64,000 nt of DNA from Patescibacteria group bacterium (GCA_023485405.1 JAMCZU010000035.1:1519-65518), one strand, 5' to 3'. Shown: positions 9,660 to 20,163, numbered from the stretch's first letter. The notes: generated by a model from the sequence alone, not told the origin. A program made the numbers and translations.

Positions 9660-11372
9660 TTAATTAACGATAATTCTACCTCTGACGGAACCCATTGAAC
9701 AAGTAATATAATAGGTGCCTTTTTCTTTGGGGGTAAAATCAAAAACAATTGTTTTATCTTTTTCAATAAATTGAGGTCTGTCCACCAGTCCTGGTACGGT
9801 GATAGTACTCATACAACCTCGACCGTCTTCTTTGGCCTCAACTTGAAATCTCACCGGTTTTCCGAATTGCACGGTAAATTCTTTGGGAGAAATATCATCT
9901 TTGGGAGAAATGAAAGTTGTTGTAATCACTTGAGCATCTGGTGGAAGAGGAGGAATTTCGTTGTTACTTTTAGTAGGAGTCGGTGTAGCAGAACTGTTTA
10001 AAGTAATAGTTTTAGGGTCTTCATTTTCTACCACTGTAAATTTTCCGGTGTACATTCCCATAGAGCAAGAAAACTTTATTTCACCGAATTCCGTTGGCGT
10101 AAATGAAATTATGTTTTCACCGGCGGATAAGAATTTTTTTACATTAATTTTAGAAGCGACAATACTAGCGGCGCAAGAACGGGCATCTTCAGAAGTAATA
10201 ACCCATTTAACCGGAATATCTTTTTTGATCGTAAAATTATTGGGGGTGTAACCATAACTATTTTGAGTCATTTTAACAATTTGAACGCCGTTTTCGATTT
10301 TTACATTTGGATCGTCTTTGGCGCTAACAGTACTATTATTAAACGAAATTCCTCTCCAGCCAGTCAGGTTAAACCCGTTGGAAATATTAAGAATGGCTAA
10401 AAAAATTACCAACACACCGGCAAATTTAAAGAATTTTTTCGCAAAAGCGCCTTTGATAACTGAGGTAAGACCTCCGATTCCCAAAAGACCCGGGGCAGTG
10501 CCAAGAGCAAAAACACCCATAATGGCGGCGCCAGACCAAAAATTCCCCGTACTCATGGCGTAAAGTTGCATTGCCTGAGTAAAACCGCAGGGTAAAAAGA
10601 AGGTTAAAGCACCGGTCACAAGAGAATTAGTGTGACTGTATTCTCTTTCATGTCGTTTTTTAATTCCAAAAAGTTTTGCTAACCCAGAAGGTAAAGTAAA
10701 ACCGGTGCTCGAAATACGGGGGAATAATTCGGTTAATTGAATCCCTAAAATCAGCATAAAAATACCAACAATAATAGTTAGCGCTCCAAGCAGTGAGCTG
10801 GAAAGCTGAAAAGCTTTGCCAATAGTCCCAATTAAACCACCAAGAATAAAGTAAGAGAGAATTCTACCTAAATTAAAGAAAAGATGAGGTCGAAATTTTT
10901 GAAAGGCACTTGCTTCGGGGTGTTTTTCCGAGTGACGCGCCGATATGCCTAGGATTAAGCCTCCTACCAACGCCATACAGGTTGAAACACCGGCGGTTAA
11001 ACCCACTAATAATACGACGATTAAACTCGAAGGGTTATTAGTATTACCAAAATTAAGATTGGTAAGATTAAATTTTTTTGCAACCAAATACAAAATCGCC
11101 AAAATCACTAAAGCAATGCCTAAATCTTTGTATTCGGTGGGATTTTTACTAATCCAGCTTTTTTCCTCACGGCCGATTTCATAACCAGCTTCATAAATTG
11201 CGTCAGCAACTTTATTCATAGTAGCTGGATCATTTAAGAAGAATTCCGCTTGTTTCTTTTTATAACTGACAGCAATACCTTTAATTCCGGGGATTTCTTT
11301 TAATTTTCCTTCAATTAAGAGTTCACAAGATCGGCAATGCATTCCTTTGACGGGGACAATGGTTTTTCCCAT
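9660..11372 (-). CDS. HMA + DsbD_2/TauE-like membrane domain + two cupredoxin-like domains
   Basis: GMHCRSC; STCMALVGG, FNLGR, FFLPCGFTQ; C-terminal FSCSMGM and ITCSMG. Confidence 0.88.
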   Translation of the reverse strand: MGKTIVPVKGMHCRSCELLIEGKLKEIPGIKGIAVSYKKKQAEFFLNDPATMNKVADAIYEAGYEIGREEKSWISKNPTEYKDLGIALVILAILYLVAKKFNLTNLNFGNTNNPSSLIVVLLVGLTAGVSTCMALVGGLILGISARHSEKHPEASAFQKFRPHLFFNLGRILSYFILGGLIGTIGKAFQLSSSLLGALTIIVGIFMLILGIQLTELFPRISSTGFTLPSGLAKLFGIKKRHEREYSHTNSLVTGALTFFLPCGFTQAMQLYAMSTGNFWSGAAIMGVFALGTAPGLLGIGGLTSVIKGAFAKKFFKFAGVLVIFLAILNISNGFNLTGWRGISFNNSTVSAKDDPNVKIENGVQIVKMTQNSYGYTPNNFTIKKDIPVKWVITSEDARSCAASIVASKINVKKFLSAGENIISFTPTEFGEIKFSCSMGMYTGKFTVVENEDPKTITLNSSATPTPTKSNNEIPPLPPDAQVITTTFISPKDDISPKEFTVQFGKPVRFQVEAKEDGRGCMSTITVPGLVDRPQFIEKDKTIVFDFTPKEKGTYYITCSMGSVRGRIIVN

Positions 11373-11387
11373 AGGTTTTACCCCTCT

Positions 11388-11660
11388 TTATTTATTGGCC
11401 ATTTTAGAGACTTTTAAAATTTCTTGAATCATTTCCTGTTTTCTTTTTTCATTACTAGTTTTCATGGCATTTTTAAAACAGGAATTAAGATGGCTTTCCA
11501 TTAACATTTGATGAGCGGATTTTAGGAGGCCAATCACCGCGAGATTTTGCTGCATAATATCAATACAGTACTCATTGCTTTCAAGCATTTTAATGATTTT
11601 TTCAATGTGACTTTTGGCCTTTTTAAAATTAATTAAAGTTTTTTCATGTTTTGAATTCAT
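11388..11660 (-). CDS. csoR: CsoR/RcnR-family metal-sensing repressor
   Basis: YCIDIMQQ...HLNSC (C-H-C copper site). Confidence 0.88.
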   Translation of the reverse strand: MNSKHEKTLINFKKAKSHIEKIIKMLESNEYCIDIMQQNLAVIGLLKSAHQMLMESHLNSCFKNAMKTSNEKRKQEMIQEILKVSKMANK

Positions 11661-11675
11661 CTCGTCCTTTCTTCG

Positions 11676-11696
11676 ACGTCTACCATAGGTAGAGGT
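11676..11696 (-). promoter_or_regulatory. Putative CsoR operator upstream of csoR
   Basis: Minus strand ACCTCTACC-TAT-GGTAGACGT, same consensus as 9617 and 12776; TTGACA at 11732-11727. Confidence 0.7.
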
Positions 11697-11784
11697 GAAT
11701 TTATAATAACAAACCTTTTATATTATTGTCAACAAACATATTACACAATCTTTTTGTGCTATACTATAAGTAGAAGGGACTAAA

Positions 11785-11931
11785 ATGATGGATTATGATT
11801 CCATATCTCAAGGTATGATGGGTGGTAATGTTGGCGTGGCCTCACTTTTTATGTGGCTAAGCTACATTTTAATTATTGTTCTTCTTGTGCTTGGGATTAT
11901 GGCACTTTGGAAATATATTAATAAAAATTAA
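11785..11931 (+). CDS. Small Met-rich single-TM protein (48 aa)
   Basis: MMDYDSISQGMMGGNVGVASLFMWLSYILIIVLLVLGIMALWKYINKN*, GAAGGG RBS, divergent from csoR. Confidence 0.7.
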   Translation: MMDYDSISQGMMGGNVGVASLFMWLSYILIIVLLVLGIMALWKYINKN

Positions 11932-12770
11932 ACCCCACAACTGCCACCGCCAGTGACGAAGGGCAGATCTTTAACTTGCGATCTAATATAGGCAAAGCCT
12001 TGTTGGCTCGAAAAGTTTTTTCCAAGAATAATTTTAGGGTTAAAGCCTACCAAATTTTGACTATTCTCTTTTAAATATTGATCAATTGTTAAATAATCAT
12101 TGGGAAACCAAAAAGTGTTAAGGATTAAAGCATCTTTATAAATTTGTTCTTCATCTAAGTTTTGCGCCGCGGCTAGTTCTAAAAAACCCAGCATGGCCAT
12201 GCCATGATTGCAATCCGGAAAATAAGTGGAGTTGTTGCAACAGGGCCGATAAATATTTTTAGCCATTTCTTCCACCATTTTTTGTTGTCCAGACGTCAGC
12301 GTAATAAAATTATGTTTTGAATAATGATCCATGGCTTGACCTCGAGAGAGAGACCAGCCGCCAGTAGAGGCAAAATTAGCCGTTTTGCCATTTTGGGTCA
12401 TTGGTCCTTTCTCTAGAATTTCATTTTTGTTACTCAAACCAAAAGCCCAAAAGAAATTTAAAAGATAGCTGGCGTTGTCTTTGGTGATAACAATATTAGA
12501 GCCGTTGTCTTTTAGAAGGCGAACCATTCCTTCTTTTGATTCAATTTTTCCTTGGTCAATGACGCCTTCTTTGAGCATCATTTGACCGAGGTTATTTAAT
12601 CTAACGGGAATAATGGTTTCATTTAGAGATAAAACAGTCTTATTTTGCGCAATTAAAGTGAGTTTTTGGCTAATTTTTTGCCAACTATTGGTAGCGTTTC
12701 CAATTAATATAATAGTAGCAATAAGTCCGAAGAGAACAAAAAGAGCAGATTTATTTAAATATTTTTTCAT
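11928..12770 (-). CDS. Membrane-anchored Cys/His-motif protein of unknown function
   Basis: N-terminal TM; YRPCCNN...PDCNHG; C-terminal GGGSCGV. Confidence 0.8.
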   Translation of the reverse strand: MKKYLNKSALFVLFGLIATIILIGNATNSWQKISQKLTLIAQNKTVLSLNETIIPVRLNNLGQMMLKEGVIDQGKIESKEGMVRLLKDNGSNIVITKDNASYLLNFFWAFGLSNKNEILEKGPMTQNGKTANFASTGGWSLSRGQAMDHYSKHNFITLTSGQQKMVEEMAKNIYRPCCNNSTYFPDCNHGMAMLGFLELAAAQNLDEEQIYKDALILNTFWFPNDYLTIDQYLKENSQNLVGFNPKIILGKNFSSQQGFAYIRSQVKDLPFVTGGGSCGV

Positions 12771-12775
12771 TAATG

Positions 12776-12796
12776 ACCTATACCAATGGTAATGGT
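12776..12796. promoter_or_regulatory. Putative CsoR operator between divergent genes
   Basis: ACCTATACC-AAT-GGTAATGGT; minus-strand TTGACA 12814-12809, 17 nt, TACCAT inside the operator. Confidence 0.7.
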
Positions 12797-12856
12797 CGCT
12801 GTAGTGCTTGTCAATTTTAGTTGGTTGTTCAAAGTTAAATTTGTTAAAATTAATGT

Positions 12857-14899
12857 ATGGAACACGAAATGCATCATGATATGCAAAAAATGAGTCATAT
12901 GGATCATGAGGCAGCTATGACTAATCCGCAAATGGCCAAAGAGATGGAAAAGGATATGCGGCGTCGTTTTTGGATCTCTCTGGTTTTATCGGTGCCAATT
13001 TTTCTTTATTCTCCGGTTGGCGTGAACTTACTAAAAATTCATTTACCAAGTCCTGTTCCGGTTAATTGGTTGCTCTTAATTTTGACCACGCCGATTGTTT
13101 TTTGGACGGGGTCAATTTTTACGGTTGGTGCTTACAGCGCGCTTAAAAACAAGAAACTCGATATGTCGGTTCTGATTGCCACTGGTGTTTTGACTGCTTA
13201 TTTATTTAGTGTCTATCTGACTATTACTTCTAGTAGTGAAACTTTTTACGAAGCAGCCGCCTTGTTGGTCACTTTTGTTTTATTTGGTCATTGGATGGAA
13301 ATGCGTTCAAGAAGGGGAACTTCCGATTCTCTTAGAGCTTTATTTGATCTTGTGCCGCCGCAGGCACATGTTTTAAGAAATGGTAAAGAGGAAATTTTGC
13401 CGAGTGCGGAAATTATTAAAGGAGATATTATAATTGTTCGTCCGGGAGACAAGATTCCGGTAGACGGCGATATTATTGAAGGCGAATCGTCGGTTGATGA
13501 ATCTTTAGTTACTGGTGAATCAATCCCTGTGGCCAAAAAAATTGGCGATAAAGTTATTGGCGGATCGGTTAATCAAACTGGTGAAATTAAATTTCGGGCA
13601 ACCAAAGTTGGTTCAGAAACAGTGTTAGCTCAAATTATTTCGTTGGTTGAAAAAGCTCAAAATTCCAAAGCGCCAGGACAAAGAATTGCCGATAAAGCGG
13701 CGGCTTATCTTGTGGTTTTAGCGATTGGTTCGGGGTTAGTGACTTTTTTTGCTTGGATTTATTTTGGCCAAGCCGACTTAGTGATGGCTTTAACTTTTGC
13801 GGTTTCAGCGGTCGTGATTGCTTGCCCCGATGCTTTGGGGTTGGCCACTCCCACGGCAGTGGCAGTCGGCACGGGGATAGGAGCTAAGCATAATGTTTTG
13901 ATCAAAGATGCAGCTACTTTAGAAAATGCCTCTAAAATTAACGCGATTTTGCTTGATAAAACTGGCACCTTAACTGAAGGAAAACCAAAAGTAACGGATA
14001 TTATTGCTTTTGAAGGTTTTAGCCAGACGGATATTTTAAAGTACGAAGCAGCGGTTGAATCAGGCTCAAATCACCCCTTAGCTAAGTCAATTATCGAAAA
14101 AGCGGTGGCGCAAAAAATAAATATTCCCCAAAAAACAAGTTTTGAATCAATAGCAGGCTTGGGTCTTAAGGCAGTGGTGGATGGAAAAACTATCAATGTG
14201 GGTAAAGAAAAACTGTTGCAAGAAGATAAAGTTGCAACCGATTTAGCCAAAGACGAAATGGAAAAACTAGCAAGTCAAGGTAAAACCTTAAGTTTAATTG
14301 CCATTAATGGCAAATTGGCCGGAATGATTGCTTTAGCCGATACCGTTAAATTGTCAGCTAAAAAAACTATTACTCAATTTAAAAAAATGGGCATTGAACC
14401 AGTCATGATTACGGGTGACAATGACCAAGTGGCCAAAGCAGTGGCGAAAGATTTAGGAATTGAGAGGTTTTTTGCCGAAGTTTTACCGAGCGAAAAAGCA
14501 GATTTTGTTAAAAAATTACAAGATGAAGGAAAATTTGTGGCAATGGTGGGTGATGGTATTAATGATGCGCCGGCGCTGGCTCAAGCAAATATTGGCATTG
14601 CCATTGGGGCAGGCACTGATGTCGCCATTGAAACCGGCAGTATTGTTTTAATGAAGTCCGATCCTTACGACATTATCTTAGCCATCATTTTAAGCAAAGC
14701 AACTGTTGGTAAGATGAAGCAAAATCTTTTTTGGGCTTCAATTTACAATATTTTAGCTATTCCCATTGCCGCCGGTGTTTTTTATAATTCTTTTGGTTTA
14801 ATTTTACGGCCGGAAGTGTCTGCTCTATTGATGTCCGCCTCATCTATAATAGTAGCGACGAATGCCGTTTTACTTAAAAGAATCGAGGCAAAATTATAG
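12857..14899 (+). CDS. Second copper-type P1B ATPase, His/Met-rich N-terminus, CPD motif
   Basis: [48 protein letters not shown]. Confidence 0.92.
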   Translation: MEHEMHHDMQKMSHMDHEAAMTNPQMAKEMEKDMRRRFWISLVLSVPIFLYSPVGVNLLKIHLPSPVPVNWLLLILTTPIVFWTGSIFTVGAYSALKNKKLDMSVLIATGVLTAYLFSVYLTITSSSETFYEAAALLVTFVLFGHWMEMRSRRGTSDSLRALFDLVPPQAHVLRNGKEEILPSAEIIKGDIIIVRPGDKIPVDGDIIEGESSVDESLVTGESIPVAKKIGDKVIGGSVNQTGEIKFRATKVGSETVLAQIISLVEKAQNSKAPGQRIADKAAAYLVVLAIGSGLVTFFAWIYFGQADLVMALTFAVSAVVIACPDALGLATPTAVAVGTGIGAKHNVLIKDAATLENASKINAILLDKTGTLTEGKPKVTDIIAFEGFSQTDILKYEAAVESGSNHPLAKSIIEKAVAQKINIPQKTSFESIAGLGLKAVVDGKTINVGKEKLLQEDKVATDLAKDEMEKLASQGKTLSLIAINGKLAGMIALADTVKLSAKKTITQFKKMGIEPVMITGDNDQVAKAVAKDLGIERFFAEVLPSEKADFVKKLQDEGKFVAMVGDGINDAPALAQANIGIAIGAGTDVAIETGSIVLMKSDPYDIILAIILSKATVGKMKQNLFWASIYNILAIPIAAGVFYNSFGLILRPEVSALLMSASSIIVATNAVLLKRIEAKL

Positions 14900-15087
14900 C
14901 TTCAACCTGTGGATATCTTTTAAGATTTAGACCTCTTTTGGGGCTATTTTCAAGGTTTAAAGTCTCATTCTTACCTTAAAATTATGTTTTCCTCTTGACA
15001 AAAGAGAAGCCCCTTCTGATAATGAATATGTAACCTTTGAATAAGGTTAAAAATATCCCCAATCGGGGTAGGAAGGAGGTGATTTAA

Positions 15088-15288
15088 ATGGCTTATTCAG
15101 TCCAGTCAAAAAAATCCGGCGAAACCTACTATCTTCACTCGAAAGATGTGACTTTACGTGGTGGTCGTCAGCAAACTATCTACTTTTTTGCTCGTACCGA
15201 AAAAGAAGGTGCAATGGATGAATTACCAGAAGGCTACGCAGTAATGGAGAACAGCCGAACTGGTCTTCCAATGCTTAAGAAAGCTTAA
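15088..15288 (+). CDS. Small hypothetical protein (66 aa)
   Basis: AGGAGGTG RBS, TTGACA at 14995-15000, strong downstream hairpin 15308-15342. Confidence 0.8.
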   Translation: MAYSVQSKKSGETYYLHSKDVTLRGGRQQTIYFFARTEKEGAMDELPEGYAVMENSRTGLPMLKKA

Positions 15289-15415
15289 AGTAGCTTATAT
15301 CGAGGGAAACTCAAGAGAGCCCAAAATGGGCTTTCTTGAGTTATCTCGGATCGAAGGCTTGATTTTTTTCGAGTTTTGTGTTAAACTATAAGTTGAATTT
15401 TTAGATGGAGATGTT

Positions 15416-16819
15416 TTGAAAAGATCTGAGCTTTTTTTTACTTTTTTGCAAATTCCCGTTGATTTGGCAATGATTGTTGCTTCTTTTGTGATAGCTTATA
15501 AATTTAGAACTTTTTTTGAATTTGTACCAGTTGTCTATGTTGAACCATTATTGGATTATTTAAAATTTGTGCTCATGACTTTGCCAATTTGGTTCGCGGT
15601 TTTTGTTTTTGCTGGTCTTTATACTTTAAAGAATTATCAGGGTCGCCTGCAGGAATTGGGTAAAATTTTGGTCGCGGTCTCGGCGGCGATTGCGATTCTT
15701 TTAGCCTGGCTTTTTCTTTCACGGACTTTCTTTTTTTCAAGGTTAATTATCATCTATGTTTGGCTAATTGCCATTGTACTAGTGACTTTTGGTCGAAGCT
15801 TGATCCATTTTATCCAAAGATTTCTTTATCGTTTTAGTATAGGTATTCATCGAGTTATTATTTTAGGCGAAAATTCCTCATCACGTTTTATTATTTCAGA
15901 ACTCAAAAATAACAAAAAACTAGGTTATAAAATTGTCAAAATTATTGACGAACAAGGAATTGAAAATTTAGAAAGAATTTTTGCCAAAAATCCGGCTGAC
16001 GAAATTATTGTGGCTAATCCTCATATTGGTCAGACAAAAATTGCGGAAGTTTTGGAATTTTGTCGGGCTCATCAAATTGGTTTTAAAATGACACCCGATT
16101 TATTCTTAGTTAGATCTTCTCATGTTGATGTCAAAACCCTCGCTGGTGTGCCGATTTTGGAATTTAATCGCACACCATTGGACGGTTGGGGCCGAATTAT
16201 TAAAAGATTGGTGGATATGATCGGATCATTCATCATATTAATAATTCTTTCACCGATAATGTTGCTGGTTGCTCTTGGGGTTAAATTTACCTCCAAGGGT
16301 TCAGTTATTTACCGTCAAAATAGAATTGGTTTTGAAAATAAACTTTTTTCTTTTTGGAAATTTCGTTCAATGAAAGCGGAATATTGTACCGGTGAAAATT
16401 ACGGTGGTAAGGAAGCTCAACAAGTTTGGGAAAAATTGAATAAAAAAAATGAAGCTGATGGTCCAATTTTTAAGATTAAAAATGATCCGAGGCTGACGAC
16501 CTTTGGTAAATTTATTCGCAAAACCAGTCTTGATGAACTACCTCAACTTTTTAATGTTCTAAAAGGACAAATGAGTTTGGTGGGGCCTCGGCCACCTTTG
16601 CCAAACGAAGTGGCTCAATATAATAAATTTCAACGTCGTCGTTTGGGAGTAAAGCCGGGTATGACAGGACTTTGGCAAGTCTCTGGGCGATCGGAGCTGA
16701 ATTTTGATGAATGGGTTAAACTCGATGTTTATTACATTGAACATTGGTCTTTATGGCTCGATTTTCAAATTTTCTTAAGAACTATTTGGGTGGTGATTCG
16801 AGGTCGCGGTGCGTATTAA
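15416..16819 (+). CDS. Polyprenyl-phosphate sugar phosphotransferase (WcaJ/WbaP family)
   Basis: N-terminal TMs; KRLVD, KFRSM, DPR, RKTSLDELPQL, MSLVGPRP, KPGMTGLWQV. Confidence 0.93.
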   Translation: MKRSELFFTFLQIPVDLAMIVASFVIAYKFRTFFEFVPVVYVEPLLDYLKFVLMTLPIWFAVFVFAGLYTLKNYQGRLQELGKILVAVSAAIAILLAWLFLSRTFFFSRLIIIYVWLIAIVLVTFGRSLIHFIQRFLYRFSIGIHRVIILGENSSSRFIISELKNNKKLGYKIVKIIDEQGIENLERIFAKNPADEIIVANPHIGQTKIAEVLEFCRAHQIGFKMTPDLFLVRSSHVDVKTLAGVPILEFNRTPLDGWGRIIKRLVDMIGSFIILIILSPIMLLVALGVKFTSKGSVIYRQNRIGFENKLFSFWKFRSMKAEYCTGENYGGKEAQQVWEKLNKKNEADGPIFKIKNDPRLTTFGKFIRKTSLDELPQLFNVLKGQMSLVGPRPPLPNEVAQYNKFQRRRLGVKPGMTGLWQVSGRSELNFDEWVKLDVYYIEHWSLWLDFQIFLRTIWVVIRGRGAY

Positions 16820-17915
16820 AAATCTCAAAATAGCAATTGTGGTGGAAGAACTGACTCAACTTGGTGGAGCCGAAAGACTTTTGGACTATTTTTTAGAAGA
16901 ACTGCCCAAGGCGCCGGTCTACACGATTGTTTGGGATAAAGAGAAAACCTTGCATCGCTACGACAAATTCGATATTAGAACTTCTTTTATTCAAAAGTTG
17001 CCTTTTGGGATCAAGCATTATAAATGGTATCTAGCTTTAATGCCCAAAGCAGTGGAATCTTTTAAATTAGCCGATTACGATGTTGTGCTCTCAATTACCT
17101 CAGCTTTGGTTAAAGGTGTTAAAACCAATCAAAATCAACTCCATGTTTGTTATTGCAATACGCCGACCCGTTGGCTTTGGACGGACTCAGAAAGTTATCT
17201 AAAATCTGCGCCCATCCCGTTTTTTGCAAGACCTATTATGCCGATCTTAATCTCATATCTAAGAAAATGGGACTTAAAAGCAGCTATTAGGCCAGACTAT
17301 TTTATTGCTAATTCCGAAAATGTACGAAAGCGAATTAAAAAATATTATAATCGCGATTCGGTCTCAATTTTTGTGCCGGTGGATTGTCGAAATTTTTCTT
17401 TATCCAAAGAAAAAGGGAAATATTATTTAATTGTTTCGCGTCTTGAGCCTTACAAAAAAGTGGAAATGGTGATTGAGGCTTTCCAAAAACTAAAATTGCC
17501 TTTAAAAATTGTGGGAACAGGCACAAAATTTGAAAGTTTTAAAAAAAGTGTTGGAAAAAATATCCAATTGGTGGGACGAGTCAGTGACGAAAAATTAGCG
17601 CAACTTTACAAAGATTCGATTGCGACTATTTTTCCTCAAGAGGAAGATGCGGGAATTGTGCCGCTAGAATCAATGGCCGCCGGACGCCCCGTCATTGCTT
17701 TTCGTCAGGGAGGGGCACAAGAGACTGTGATTGAAGGCAAAACCGGTGTGTTTTTTGAAAAACAGACGGTGGAAGACTTAATTTCGGCGATTAAAAAATT
17801 TCAAAAAATGAAGTTTGATCCCCAAATTATAAGATCGCAGGCCGAAAAATTTGATAAAGAGCTTTTCAAGAGCAAAGTTTTCGAGTATATTAATAGTAGA
17901 CTTAAAAAATTTTGA
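16809..17915 (+). CDS. Glycosyltransferase family 4
   Basis: GGAER, RLEPYKK, EDAGIVPLESMAAG. Confidence 0.92.
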   Translation: MRIKNLKIAIVVEELTQLGGAERLLDYFLEELPKAPVYTIVWDKEKTLHRYDKFDIRTSFIQKLPFGIKHYKWYLALMPKAVESFKLADYDVVLSITSALVKGVKTNQNQLHVCYCNTPTRWLWTDSESYLKSAPIPFFARPIMPILISYLRKWDLKAAIRPDYFIANSENVRKRIKKYYNRDSVSIFVPVDCRNFSLSKEKGKYYLIVSRLEPYKKVEMVIEAFQKLKLPLKIVGTGTKFESFKKSVGKNIQLVGRVSDEKLAQLYKDSIATIFPQEEDAGIVPLESMAAGRPVIAFRQGGAQETVIEGKTGVFFEKQTVEDLISAIKKFQKMKFDPQIIRSQAEKFDKELFKSKVFEYINSRLKKF

Positions 17916-17983
17916 ATTTCAAATTTCAAATTTCAATTGAATTTTAAATTATTTAATGTTTTAAAATTAAGAATTAAAAATTT
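17914..17983. repeat. AT-rich heptamer-periodic element, copy A
   Basis: (AATTTCA)n-type units followed by complementary AAAATT units. Confidence 0.65.
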
Positions 17984-17997
17984 AGCCGGAGGTTTTT

Positions 17998-18630
17998 ATG
18001 GAACTGAGAGAATATTTTAAAATCATTGGCAAGTATGGAAAACTTTTTTGGGGCATAGTCATTGTCACGATTATCGCCACTTTTGTTTTTACTAAAATGC
18101 AACCAAAGTCGTATCTTGCGGCCACTACTTTAACCGTTAATAAAACATCGGCGATTAAACAATCTCAGGTTAATTATTATCTTTTTGATAATTACTATAA
18201 TGTTCAGTCGTCCGGTCTTTTCTCACAAATTGTAGTTTCCTGGCTGAGTTCGCCGGCAGTAGTCAAGGACATTTATGCTAAAGCAAATCTGCCTTTGCCG
18301 GATGTCTCGCAGGGAAAATTATCTAAAACTTTTAAAGCGATTCGTGAAGAACCAGCTACCGTCAATGTTTCGATTAATGACAGTAACGCCGATGAAGCCG
18401 AAAAGCTAGTCAACGCCGCTGCCGCTGTTGTTCAAGAAAAAGCCAATGAGTTAGGCAAGTCTGATACGGAAAATATTTACGATATTGTGAAATTCGCCTC
18501 GGTGGTAACAGAGACAACGCCAAATTTATGGTTTAATTTACTTATTGGGGCCATTGCCGGTGTAATTTTAGGTGCAATCTTGGCTTTAGCCGTTGATTAC
18601 TTTAAGGCCGAAGATAAAAAAGGAAATTAA
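17998..18630 (+). CDS. Wzz/CapA-like polysaccharide co-polymerase
   Basis: MELREYFKII start, TM-P.Y-loop-P-TM architecture. Confidence 0.8.
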   Translation: MELREYFKIIGKYGKLFWGIVIVTIIATFVFTKMQPKSYLAATTLTVNKTSAIKQSQVNYYLFDNYYNVQSSGLFSQIVVSWLSSPAVVKDIYAKANLPLPDVSQGKLSKTFKAIREEPATVNVSINDSNADEAEKLVNAAAAVVQEKANELGKSDTENIYDIVKFASVVTETTPNLWFNLLIGAIAGVILGAILALAVDYFKAEDKKGN

Positions 18631-18650
18631 ATTTTCTTTAAAGGTAGGGT

Positions 18651-19988
18651 ATGAAACGAACTCGTTTTGTTGATGGAATTTATTTTTGGAAAAAAGAAAA
18701 AAAGAAAAAAAAGCGAAAATACTTAGTTCTACTAATTTTAATACCAATTTTTGTGAGCTTCTTTTTTGTTTCAAAAATTAGCGCGGCCTATATTTTACCG
18801 AATCTCAATCTTTTAACCTTATTTCGAAATGGTAAATTTTTAGTGCTTTTCCAAAATAATTCTGAGCTTCGATCTTCTGGTGGTTTTATTGGTTCATATG
18901 CAGTGGTGGAAGTTAAAGATTTTGAAGTTAAAAATATTACTTTTAATACCAATATTTACGCTTTAGATAACGCGTTTGCGCAGAGGGCTTATGTGGCGCC
19001 GCCGGCTGGGTCAATGCAAAGAATGCTCAACGAAAAAACTTGGGCGCTGCGCGATTCTAATTATGATCCTTCTTTTTCTGATGCCGCCTCTGACGCCACC
19101 TTTTTTTACGAACAAGAAACGGGCGATAAAATTGATGGCGTTGTTGGTATTAATGCTAAATTAATGGTTGATTTATTGAAAATTACAGGGCCAGTAAAAC
19201 TGGAAAAATCTAATGTCACAATTTCAGCTGATAATTTTTATTTTGAGACTCAATCACAAATTGAAAGAGTTTACTATCAAAATCCGGAAAACTGGGTTTT
19301 AAATGAGCCAAAATCATTTTTGAAAGAAATGTATCCAACTATCTTAAGCCAGGCGTTAAAAGATAAAGTGCAACTTTTAAATCTGGTTAAAAATGAACTG
19401 GCGACCAAAGAAATTGTTTTTTATTTTAAAGATTCAGCTAAACAATCATTAGTTCAAAAACATAATTTAGCGGGGACAATTCCTACCAATCAAGAGTTAG
19501 GAAATTCTGATTATCTTTATTTAAATAGTAATAGTTATTCGGGTAATAAATCGTCTCTTTCAATGAAAGAAGATATTGATTATCGTCTAACTACAACCGA
19601 GGATTACGGTCCAAAAATGTATCAAGCCGATCTTAAATTTAGTCGGATTCATAGTGGTTCATACGAATGGCCCGATGGTAAGAATTTAGATTGGTTAAGA
19701 GTTCTAGTGCCTCAAAATGCCCAGTTTTTACAAGCTAAAATTAACGAAAAAGATGTTAGTTCTAAAGTTGAAGTAGGACAAGATTCTGAGAAAAATTATT
19801 TTGGCACAGAAATTACGACCGAGCCGGGACAGGCGAATATTATTGAAATAAGTTATCTTATTCCTTATAACTCGGATTATCATCTTTTGGTTCAAAAACA
19901 ACCGGGTCAAAATGATGAAAATTTAACCGTCACTTTGGACGGTAAAATGCTTTTTGACGGTCTTTTAAACCGAGATCTAAGGATCTAG
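18651..19988 (+). CDS. DUF4012-like membrane-anchored protein
   Basis: LFQNNSELRSSGGFIGSY, RDSNYDPSF, IDGVVGI, QKQPG. Confidence 0.8.
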   Translation: MKRTRFVDGIYFWKKEKKKKKRKYLVLLILIPIFVSFFFVSKISAAYILPNLNLLTLFRNGKFLVLFQNNSELRSSGGFIGSYAVVEVKDFEVKNITFNTNIYALDNAFAQRAYVAPPAGSMQRMLNEKTWALRDSNYDPSFSDAASDATFFYEQETGDKIDGVVGINAKLMVDLLKITGPVKLEKSNVTISADNFYFETQSQIERVYYQNPENWVLNEPKSFLKEMYPTILSQALKDKVQLLNLVKNELATKEIVFYFKDSAKQSLVQKHNLAGTIPTNQELGNSDYLYLNSNSYSGNKSSLSMKEDIDYRLTTTEDYGPKMYQADLKFSRIHSGSYEWPDGKNLDWLRVLVPQNAQFLQAKINEKDVSSKVEVGQDSEKNYFGTEITTEPGQANIIEISYLIPYNSDYHLLVQKQPGQNDENLTVTLDGKMLFDGLLNRDLRI

Positions 19989-20012
19989 ATGTTTGCCCAT
20001 CGATTTTTACAT

Positions 20013-20033
20013 TTTACACATCCGATGTGTAAA
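20013..20033. repeat. REP-like palindrome
   Basis: TTTACACATC-C-GATGTGTAAA; related to 33680-33700. Confidence 0.6.
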
Positions 20034-20087
20034 GGCGTGTGTGTAAGTTCGAGCATTCATCTATGATAATGAGAAGTATAAAAACTT

Positions 20088-20125
20088 TATTCAACTATTC
20101 CCACTGGAGCGTCAAAAGTTGAATA
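20088..20125. repeat. 38-bp imperfect palindrome, left flank of PaaX/Cas2-like gene
   Basis: TATTCAACTATTCCCACTGGAGCGTCAAAAGTTGAATA; 32/38 identical to 20805-20842. Confidence 0.85.
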
Positions 20126-20163
20126 GTTTCAGGTTTAGTATTTAAAAAGTTTTAAAGTTTAGA

